Positions 10,414-17,813 of a DNA stretch of 64,000 bases are shown in pieces. Under the pieces are notes generated by a model that was not told where the DNA came from, searched no databases, and was given only the letters and a program-made list of their open reading frames with translations. The stretch is from an uncultured Blastocatellaceae bacterium (GTDB lineage: Bacteria > Acidobacteriota > Blastocatellia > Pyrinomonadales > Pyrinomonadaceae), in NCBI GenBank assembly GCA_964486055.1, contig CAZALE010000002.1:289048-353047 (forward strand), written 5' to 3'. Made by a program: the position numbers and the translations under genes. Positions within the stretch are counted from its first letter, which is position 1. Every line of letters begins with the position of its first letter.

Positions 10414-11496
10414 TTAATCTGTATTTCTCGACATCATTTTTTCGAGCAAATGGGCAACGTAGCTTACTACAGAAATGACTCGAGCGTATTCGATTCTAGT
10501 TGGACCTACGACTCCTAAAGCCCCCATTGCTTGACTTCCACCGACGCGGTAGGAAGCCGTGATAAGAGCACAATTTTGCATGGAAGGGACGAGATTTTCT
10601 TTGCCTATCACAATCCTCACATCTTTTTTATCCGAAACATCATTAGATAGGCATTCATTTAAAATCTTTACTAATCTGGTCTTCTCTTCGAAAGTTTTGA
10701 GAAGTTCTCGGAGTTCCTGAAAGTTAAAGTCAGGTTTAGACAGGATGTTTGCAGTTCCTTCCACGTACACTTGCCCTAAATCATCGCTTTCAATGCTTTG
10801 CGAGCAAAGAATGATTGCCGTCTGCAGCAATCTATCAAAAAGCGCACGTTCCTCATGCATTAGACGAAGAATCTCATTCCGAATGGTAGATAGGCTTTTC
10901 CCTTTAAATTCAGTGTTCAAATATCTGGCTGTCCGATTTAGCTCTTCCTGAGTAAAGTTTTCCTCGAGTCTTATTATCTTGTTGTGCACTATGTTGGGTG
11001 CAGAAATCATCATGACTAAAATCTTTTTGTCAGCCAAACTAAAGAATTCGATGTGCTCTAGAGTATCACTGGACATGCTTGGGGAAACAACTATGCCAAC
11101 ATTTTCAGATATTGAAGAGAGAACAGATGATGTACGCTCCATCAATCTTTCAGGATCATCGGTATTAAGCAATTTTTCATTTATTAGCTGCAAATCATCT
11201 TCGGTTAACCTCAAAACTCCCAGCAGGTTGTCAACATAAAATCTATAGCCTTTATCGGTAGGGATACGCCCAGCTGAGGTGTGCGGCTGTTCCAGGTAGC
11301 CTGCTTCTTCTAATTCACCCATGATGTTACGAATAGTTGCTGGGCTCCAACCGTGTGCTCTCGAAAATTTATCGGCAACAGTCTTCGATCCGACAGGCTC
11401 ACCAGTAACAAGATGCTCGTTGATTACGGCATGCAGTACAGCTTGACCACGAACATCGGGAATACCGACTTTTTGTCTTCTTTCACGACTAAGCAT
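10414..11496 (-). CDS. hrcA: heat-inducible transcription repressor HrcA
   Basis: N-terminal wHTH region GEPVGSKTVADKF...ATIRNIMGELEEAGYLEQPHTSAGRIPTDKGYRFYVD. The ORF track starts at 11544. I prefer the second Met (11496, MLSRERRQK...) because a -35/-10 pair lies between the two. Confidence 0.9.
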   Translation of the reverse strand: MLSRERRQKVGIPDVRGQAVLHAVINEHLVTGEPVGSKTVADKFSRAHGWSPATIRNIMGELEEAGYLEQPHTSAGRIPTDKGYRFYVDNLLGVLRLTEDDLQLINEKLLNTDDPERLMERTSSVLSSISENVGIVVSPSMSSDTLEHIEFFSLADKKILVMMISAPNIVHNKIIRLEENFTQEELNRTARYLNTEFKGKSLSTIRNEILRLMHEERALFDRLLQTAIILCSQSIESDDLGQVYVEGTANILSKPDFNFQELRELLKTFEEKTRLVKILNECLSNDVSDKKDVRIVIGKENLVPSMQNCALITASYRVGGSQAMGALGVVGPTRIEYARVISVVSYVAHLLEKMMSRNTD

Positions 11497-11534
11497 GTTT
11501 GTTAGTTCCCCAGAGCCTAGTCTATGCTTTTTTC

Positions 11535-11563
11535 TTGATAACATTTTATTAATTCAAAGTCAA
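11535..11563 (-). promoter_or_regulatory. sigma-70-like promoter candidate for hrcA operon
   Basis: Minus-strand TTGACT (11563-11558), a 17-nt spacer, then TATCAA (11540-11535), about 40 nt upstream of ATG 11496. Pattern match only. Confidence 0.35.
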
Positions 11564-11569
11564 CAAAAA

Positions 11570-12262
11570 ATGTTAAACCTAAACGACAGAATAAAAAGGT
11601 TTTACGAAAATGCGTTGAGCGATTTTGAGATCAAGTCACTGCATATCTCATTTTATCCATATAAAACTCTGAGACATACGATAAAAGTAAGCAACGCAGA
11701 GGTTAGAATCGTTTTATCAGATGTAATGATGGATGCACCGTTAGATGTTCACCATGCTCTGGCAGAGATACTAGTGGCTAAGTTAACTAAAAAGAAACCC
11801 TCGATGAAATATCGTAGAATCTACTCTGATTTTGTTAAATCTCATGACAAAATCCATGAAATTTTATCAAAACGTGTAAGAATCAACCCAGCAGGAAAGG
11901 TTTTCAACTTAGAGAGAATTTTTAATAGACTAAACGAATTATATTTCGATGGACAATTGGAAAAGCCACTTTTAAGCTGGTCTAACCGCAAGTCTTTCAG
12001 AAAATTGGGGCATTATGACCCTCATCGAAAAATTATAGTAATCAGCAAAACACTAGACGATGCATTCGTGCCTGAATACGTAATAGAATTCTTGGTCTAT
12101 CACGAGATGCTACACATCAAACATCCAAGCATCGATACCAACTCTAAAACAATATTCCACACGCCAGAATTTCGCAGTGACGAGAGAAAATTTCCCTATT
12201 TTGCTGAGGCTATGAATTGGCTGGAGAAACATCGAAACTGGCTAAGAGACAAATCCTTATGA
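11570..12262 (+). CDS. SprT-like / DUF45 (YgjP)-like HExxH zinc metalloprotease
   Basis: LSWSNRKSFRKLGHYDPHRKIIVISKTL...EFLVYHEMLHIKH (HExxH), followed by HTPEFRSDERKFPYF..WL. This is the layout of the SprT/DUF45 minimal metallopeptidase families. Start taken at Met26 (11570) of the track ORF. Confidence 0.6.
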   Translation: MLNLNDRIKRFYENALSDFEIKSLHISFYPYKTLRHTIKVSNAEVRIVLSDVMMDAPLDVHHALAEILVAKLTKKKPSMKYRRIYSDFVKSHDKIHEILSKRVRINPAGKVFNLERIFNRLNELYFDGQLEKPLLSWSNRKSFRKLGHYDPHRKIIVISKTLDDAFVPEYVIEFLVYHEMLHIKHPSIDTNSKTIFHTPEFRSDERKFPYFAEAMNWLEKHRNWLRDKSL

Positions 12263-12582
12263 AAAAGCGAGTGCAAAATGAATATTGTGAAAAAGTTTAT
12301 GAGATCGTAAGACAAATACCAATGGGTCGTGTAATGACCTACGGCCAAATAGCGACAATCTTAGGCGATGGGTATACGCCCCGCACTGTCGGTAACATTA
12401 TGAGGCAAGCAAATGCAAAAGATCTACCATGGCATAGAGTTATAAATTCAAAAGGCGGATGTTCTACCGGTAAATTAACTATCCCAATGGACCTGCAACG
12501 TAAGCTCTTAGAACAAGAGGGAATAAAGTTTAACGATCGAGGAATTTGCGATCTTGGAAAGTACATCTGGCATCCATCGTGA
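12259..12582 (+). CDS. alkyltransferase-like (ATL) protein, MGMT DNA-binding domain lacking the acceptor cysteine
   Basis: TYGQIA...PWHRVINSKG: the PCHRV active-site motif of Ogt/Ada carries Trp in place of Cys, as in the ATL family. ATG 12259 overlaps the upstream TGA (ATGA). Confidence 0.75.
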   Translation: MKKRVQNEYCEKVYEIVRQIPMGRVMTYGQIATILGDGYTPRTVGNIMRQANAKDLPWHRVINSKGGCSTGKLTIPMDLQRKLLEQEGIKFNDRGICDLGKYIWHPS

Positions 12583-12769
12583 TCCGAGAGTCTCCGAATA
12601 TTCGGGTCTTAACCTCAATATGGAGTCTTTAGTCTCATGCAATTAAAAATCAAGATTCCATTGATCGAATGCCAGAGGTTATTAAATCAAGGTTTAACTT
12701 AACGGCAGTTTGCTTATTTCTGCAATGAAACGCTATCATTATCTTTTCCAACTCCTATGGAGGGCGATA

Positions 12770-14086
12770 ATGATTGAAAAAGGCGCAGAAATAGCACCAG
12801 CTGAGGGTAAACTTGGGATTTTGCTAGTAGGACTCGGAGCGGTTAGTACAACTTTCGTGGCAGGCGTGGAAGCAATCCGCAAAGGCATGGCATTACCGAT
12901 AGGCTCTCTGACCCAAATGGGAACCATCAGACTCGGAAAGCGAACCGAAAACCGCACGCCTAAGATTAAAGAGTTTGTCCCTCTCGCTAAGCTCGAGGAT
13001 TTGGTTTTTGCTGCATGGGACATCTTCCCTGACTCAGCCTATGAGGCTGCTATCAAGGCTGGAGTTTTAGAAAGGCAACTAATCGAAAGTCTTAGGGAGC
13101 AATTAGAATCATTAAAACCAATGCCTGCAGTTTTCTCACAGGACTATGTGAAGAAACTAAAGGGAGACAACCTGAAAACCGGCAAAACTAAAATGGAACT
13201 TGCCGAAGCATTGATGGAGGACATTGCTAACTTTAAGCAGCAACATGGATGTGAGCGACTAGTAATGATATGGGCCGCCTCGACTGAGATATTTCTCGAA
13301 CCATCCGATGTTCATCAATCCATAGAAGCTTTCGAGAGAGGGCTTTACGACAATGATCCCCGCATCTCCCCTTCAATGATATACGCATATGCTTCGATAA
13401 AATCTGGAGTGCCCTTTGCTAATGGAGCACCAAATCTGACAGTCGACATACCAGCCCTTACACAACTGGCAGAAAGACACCGAGTGCCGATTTGTGGTAA
13501 AGACTTCAAAACAGGACAGACACTTATGAAAACTATAATTGCTCCCGGTCTGAAAGCTCGAATGTTAGGTCTTGAAGGATGGTATTCGACGAATATTCTA
13601 GGAAATCGCGATGGAGAAGTACTGGATGACCCTGAAAGTTTTAAAACCAAAGAAGAATCTAAATTGTCTGTTTTAAATACAATCCTACAACCAGATCTCT
13701 ACCCGGATCTTTACGGAAATTTCCATCATGTAGTTCGCATAAACTACTACCCACCTCGTGGAGATAATAAGGAAGGTTGGGACAACATAGATATATTTGG
13801 ATGGTTAGGCTACAAAATGCAGATCAAGATCGACTTTCTATGCCGTGACTCCATCCTAGCTGCTCCATTAGTGCTGGACTTAGCTCTGTTCCTTGATCTA
13901 GCCCAAAGAGCAGGAATGAAAGGAGTGCAAGAGTGGTTATCCTTTTATTTCAAATCCCCACAAACAGCACCAGGTCTTTATCCAGAACATGATTTGTTTA
14001 TCCAACTCAAAAAACTTAAAAATACATTGAGATATCTAAGAGGTGAGGAATTAATAACGCATTTAGGGCTTGAATACTACGAGTAA
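12770..14086 (+). CDS. ino1: myo-inositol-1-phosphate (inositol-3-phosphate) synthase
   Basis: GILLVGLGAVSTTFVAG Rossmann start, NGAPNLTVD and GKDFKTGQTLMKT motifs, and length typical of bacterial/archaeal MIPS. GGAGGG lies about 7 nt before ATG 12770; the track TTG at 12710 is less likely. Confidence 0.85.
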   Translation: MIEKGAEIAPAEGKLGILLVGLGAVSTTFVAGVEAIRKGMALPIGSLTQMGTIRLGKRTENRTPKIKEFVPLAKLEDLVFAAWDIFPDSAYEAAIKAGVLERQLIESLREQLESLKPMPAVFSQDYVKKLKGDNLKTGKTKMELAEALMEDIANFKQQHGCERLVMIWAASTEIFLEPSDVHQSIEAFERGLYDNDPRISPSMIYAYASIKSGVPFANGAPNLTVDIPALTQLAERHRVPICGKDFKTGQTLMKTIIAPGLKARMLGLEGWYSTNILGNRDGEVLDDPESFKTKEESKLSVLNTILQPDLYPDLYGNFHHVVRINYYPPRGDNKEGWDNIDIFGWLGYKMQIKIDFLCRDSILAAPLVLDLALFLDLAQRAGMKGVQEWLSFYFKSPQTAPGLYPEHDLFIQLKKLKNTLRYLRGEELITHLGLEYYE

Positions 14087-14148
14087 ATCTACGCTAAAAA
14101 CACTTAAAGAGATGCGTACAAGTCTAGCGCTGACATTAGTCAAAATTG

Positions 14149-14177
14149 TTGACACATCAAACTCATTGATGTAGCAT
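14149..14177 (+). promoter_or_regulatory. sigma-70-like promoter candidate upstream of the AAA+ gene
   Basis: TTGACA (14149-14154), a 17-nt spacer, then TAGCAT (14172-14177). This would give a ~230-nt leader. Pattern match only. Confidence 0.3.
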
Positions 14178-14415
14178 GATGATGGCAGGCAAATTTGAAA
14201 TAATGAAGGCGCAAATAAGTCAGCATTTATCAATGCTTGATGAAATCAAATCTCGAAAACTCCCTTAGATCTTCCCTGAAAACTTATACAGGAAACAAAA
14301 GCCAACTTGATGACATCAGAATTAGTGACATTGAACCTCTAGAAACATTGATTGAAAAGTTGTCTGTGCCATCGAACAAATTATAAGATCTTCTTTGGAG
14401 GCGTTTTAAGGATAT

Positions 14416-15636
14416 ATGAATACTGAAAGCAAAAAAATCAAAGCAAGCGGGAAAAAAATTCTTCTTGATCCTGATTTAAAAAGCCCTAGAGCGAGGGAAT
14501 TCGAGGAGAAACTATTTTCAAAAATAGTCGGCCAAGAACGTGCTGTGCGAAGATTAGCAGGCCTTTTTCAGATTTATCTCGCTGGTCTAAATAATCCTAC
14601 ACGTCCGATAGGGACTATGTTGTTTCTTGGTCCTACTGGTTCAGGAAAAACCCGCGTCGTAGAGGCTGCTGCAGAGGTGCTTTTTGGAGACCCGGGTGCA
14701 GTCGTAAAAATAGACTGTGCCGAATTTCAGCATTCTCATGAAATTGCAAAGTTAATAGGCTCACCCCCTGGATACCTTGGGCATCGAGAAACCTCTCCAA
14801 TGCTAACTCAAGAAAATCTGGATAAATGCCACAAAGATGACCTAAAACTTACTTTCGTATTGTTCGATGAAATAGAAAAAGCCTCCGACGCATTATGGCA
14901 ACTGCTATTGGGAATATTGGATAAAGCAACATTGACGCTGGGTGATAATCGGCGTGTTGATTTTTCTAAGACCATCGTCATAATGACCTCAAACTTGGGT
15001 GCTAGAGAAATGTCGGAGTTAATTTCAGGTGGGATTGGATTTGCACCCAGTAAAGCTGCCAAAAATCCAGAGGATACCGAAATTGATACCAAGATATATC
15101 GAACAGCTCTTGAGGCCGCCAAACGCAAATTCTCACCTGAATTCATGAATAGAATTGACAAAGTAGTCGTATTTCGTAGTCTAAAAGAACATCATTTGAG
15201 ACAGATCTTAGAAATAGAATTGCAGCAGGTTCAAAATCGTATCACAGAATCAGCAGGTACCAAATTTGTGTTTGAATGTACACCATCGGCAAAGGAGTTC
15301 CTGCTCAGAGAGGGAATAGACTTGAAGTACGGAGCGAGACATCTTAAACGAGCAATAGAAAGATTTTTGGTTTATCCTCTCTCAAACTTGGTTGCAACCG
15401 AGCAAGTAGAAACTGGTGACCTGGTCACAATCGACTTTGACGAAGAGCAAGGAAAACTAATCTTCATGAAACAAACTGGAAAGATGATAATAAGCGAGTC
15501 AGGGGACTATCCACCAGAAGAGGAGCTAATCTCCCGCTCAGACGCCATAGGGCTTCCAATTCCCCAAGCTCAAGCCGCTGCGAGCGGTAAAGGTAATAAG
15601 TCTAACGGTGAAAACCAGGAAGGATCACAATCATAA
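14416..15636 (+). CDS. stand-alone Clp/Hsp100 AAA+ ATPase consisting only of a ClpB/ClpA D2-type module
   Basis: IVGQERAV, Walker A GPTGSGKT, pore loop GSPPGYLGH, Walker B FVLFDEIEKA, sensor-1 MTSNLG, sensor-2 GARHLKRAI. There is no N-domain, D1 or M-domain, and the C-terminal tail is low-complexity. Confidence 0.8.
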   Translation: MNTESKKIKASGKKILLDPDLKSPRAREFEEKLFSKIVGQERAVRRLAGLFQIYLAGLNNPTRPIGTMLFLGPTGSGKTRVVEAAAEVLFGDPGAVVKIDCAEFQHSHEIAKLIGSPPGYLGHRETSPMLTQENLDKCHKDDLKLTFVLFDEIEKASDALWQLLLGILDKATLTLGDNRRVDFSKTIVIMTSNLGAREMSELISGGIGFAPSKAAKNPEDTEIDTKIYRTALEAAKRKFSPEFMNRIDKVVVFRSLKEHHLRQILEIELQQVQNRITESAGTKFVFECTPSAKEFLLREGIDLKYGARHLKRAIERFLVYPLSNLVATEQVETGDLVTIDFDEEQGKLIFMKQTGKMIISESGDYPPEEELISRSDAIGLPIPQAQAAASGKGNKSNGENQEGSQS

Positions 15637-15698
15637 TTGCGATCTTTCCTGATTCATTAAACTCTGAATAGCACTAAACTAGCAGCAATTGGATTTTG

Positions 15699-15727
15699 AA
15701 AAAGCAGGCTTCTTGCCTGCTTTTTTG
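15699..15727 (+). terminator. rho-independent terminator after the AAA+ gene
   Basis: AAAAGCAGGC-ttct-tGCCTGCTTTTTT: a GC-rich hairpin followed by a T-run. Confidence 0.7.
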
Positions 15728-15855
15728 TGAATTTTCCATCTACGTGGTTTCTTTAAAGGACTCAATTATTTAGCGATACCCACATGCTGTGTTCAGCAAA
15801 GTGCGCTTTTTCGATTGAATAAAACAAAAAATTGATGACAGGCTGGCTACATACT

Positions 15856-17022
15856 TTACGACGAAGTACTTTCGGCATTCAACTGTGTAATTTCCTTAAC
15901 GATCTTTATGCTTCTTCTTTCAAGTTGCTTAATGAATTCGTCTGGATTAATCAGAAGTTCCTGAGGAATTGCCCCTCTGGCTGAAACTTCGCCTCTGACC
16001 AGCATTTGAGCTACTATTGAAGCTGGAAAAGCCGTGGTCCTCATCATCGCACTCAACTGGCTTTGTTCATCGAATTTGTCAACAATTGAGTACCTTAATC
16101 TAAAGTAATTCTGATTCTTTTTGCCATAAAACTCTAATCTAACCAATACAAAATCAGGCTCATCAGCGGGAAGATTTTTCTTGAGTAACTCAGCAAGAAC
16201 TTTGCGAGGAATGATTTTTTGTCCATCAACATCCAGAGGATCATCAGAGCAAAGACCTAGATCAATCATTGTTTTGAATTTTTCGCAGTGTCCCGCATAT
16301 CGAATCGTTTTATAATCTAGATCCATTACTTTTCCAAGGAATGTAAGAGGAAGTGTTGACGTACCGCCCGAAGTCTGAAAAGCTTCGAGGTTCTGAAATC
16401 CCTCAAACTCTATCGATTCTATCTCCGTCATGGAGTCTACCTCAGTAATTTCACCATTGCGAATAATCCTGGCTGGCTCAACGTATTCATTAATCAACCC
16501 CTCGACACTAAAAACCAACTGATAGTCTAGAGGTGGTTTTGGATTTTGGGGCAATCCTCCTACCCTTATGTGCAAGCGATCCAGTTGATCGAAACGCCTA
16601 GCACCATCAGCAGCTAAAATAGAAACCATACCGGGTGCAAGACCGCAGTCCGGCACAATATTGATCCCTGCAGCACTGGCTTTCTCATGCAATCCTAGCT
16701 GCTTTTCAACAACGAAGATATTCCCGCCTAGATCACAAAAGTGGGTTTTTGCAATGATCGCAAGTTCGGACAATCGAAAGTTATGCCAATAATCAACGCA
16801 AGAAATAGCTACGTCATGTTGCATCATTAACTGGATTACCCTTTGTTCATCTGTTATGTCCATTGCAACAGGAGTAACACGTCCAAACTTACGAGCGATT
16901 TCCTCTGCTTTCTCAGACGCCAGGTCTACAACGGTTACAGACTCAATATCCGATGAGTTAAAGATAAGATCGTAAACTACACCATATCCCATTCTTCCTG
17001 CACCGAGAATTAATACTCTCAT
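15856..17022 (-). CDS. saccharopine dehydrogenase family NAD(P) oxidoreductase
   Basis: MRVLILGAGRMGYGV Rossmann start. Overall length and architecture fit the saccharopine / carboxynorspermidine dehydrogenase fold family. ATGA overlap with plsC. Confidence 0.65.
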   Translation of the reverse strand: MRVLILGAGRMGYGVVYDLIFNSSDIESVTVVDLASEKAEEIARKFGRVTPVAMDITDEQRVIQLMMQHDVAISCVDYWHNFRLSELAIIAKTHFCDLGGNIFVVEKQLGLHEKASAAGINIVPDCGLAPGMVSILAADGARRFDQLDRLHIRVGGLPQNPKPPLDYQLVFSVEGLINEYVEPARIIRNGEITEVDSMTEIESIEFEGFQNLEAFQTSGGTSTLPLTFLGKVMDLDYKTIRYAGHCEKFKTMIDLGLCSDDPLDVDGQKIIPRKVLAELLKKNLPADEPDFVLVRLEFYGKKNQNYFRLRYSIVDKFDEQSQLSAMMRTTAFPASIVAQMLVRGEVSARGAIPQELLINPDEFIKQLERRSIKIVKEITQLNAESTSS

Positions 17023-17813
17023 AATTCTGCAAGCTCCAAAGCTATACTCTCACGAACTTTCTTAACCAAAACAGGGATCTCCTCAACTTTCATATCGTAT
17101 GTCTCTACGGGCGGTAGTAGAATCATCTCAATTACTCCGGGAAAGGCAGTTCCTGATTTTTTTCCCATCATCCAATCAGTGTTTTTTATGGCTACTGGAA
17201 CGATTGGAGTTTTCGTTTGAATGGCTAAATAAAAGGCGCCTTTTTTGAACGGCAATAATTCTCCTGGCATCGCTCTAGTGCCCTCAGCAAAAAAACCAAC
17301 TGAATAACCCTGGTTCAATAGCTCTTTTGTCTTCTCTATAGATTCAAAAGCTTTTTCGGGATTCGATCTATCAATCGCAATGACATTTACAAATCCCATT
17401 CCTTGGCCAAAGATTGGAATTCTAAGCAGCTCCTTTTTAGCCACTATACTCATTCGCCTACCTGTATAAGCAAACAGAACTGCAGTGTCCAGATAGGAAC
17501 GATGATTGGAAACAAATATGTAGCTTTTTTGAGGATCTAAATTTTCTAATCCTCTAACCGATACTCTTGCACCACAAGCCCTAAGCCATATTTTGGCACC
17601 TACTCCAGCCAAAGGATAAAGCCAAGTGCGGCGATTTATCAGCCAGAGTATGATGAGGGTCGGGGCTCCAATAAATAAAATCATCATTGCAGCCACCAAC
17701 CAACACCACCAGTATCGCAATTTACCTATCAGCCGCGATTTGCTAGACTCTTTTACGGGAAATTGAATTTTCTCGTTCTTTTCAATTTTTTCCGCAAGGG
17801 AGATAGCTAGCAC
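17019..17813 (-). CDS. plsC: 1-acyl-sn-glycerol-3-phosphate acyltransferase
   Basis: HX4D motif (SNHRSYLD), FAEGTR and PIVPVAI blocks, and an N-terminal TM helix. GTG start at 17813. Confidence 0.8.
   Translation of the reverse strand: MLAISLAEKIEKNEKIQFPVKESSKSRLIGKLRYWWCWLVAAMMILFIGAPTLIILWLINRRTWLYPLAGVGAKIWLRACGARVSVRGLENLDPQKSYIFVSNHRSYLDTAVLFAYTGRRMSIVAKKELLRIPIFGQGMGFVNVIAIDRSNPEKAFESIEKTKELLNQGYSVGFFAEGTRAMPGELLPFKKGAFYLAIQTKTPIVPVAIKNTDWMMGKKSGTAFPGVIEMILLPPVETYDMKVEEIPVLVKKVRESIALELAEL

Noticed and set aside
14176-14268. 30-codon uORF (MMMAGKFEIMKAQISQHLSMLDEIKSRKLP*) in the leader of the AAA+ gene
   Set aside because: Its ATGs overlap the putative -10 element, so it would not be on the transcript if that promoter is real. 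No SD. Too short to evaluate without conservation data.
14230-14275. Sigma-32-like heat-shock promoter (CTTGATGAAA ... CTCCCTTAGAT) upstream of the AAA+ gene
   Set aside because: The spacing between the two half-sites is too long and the -10 match (CCCTTAGAT versus CCCCATNT) is poor. Not reportable without a PWM score.
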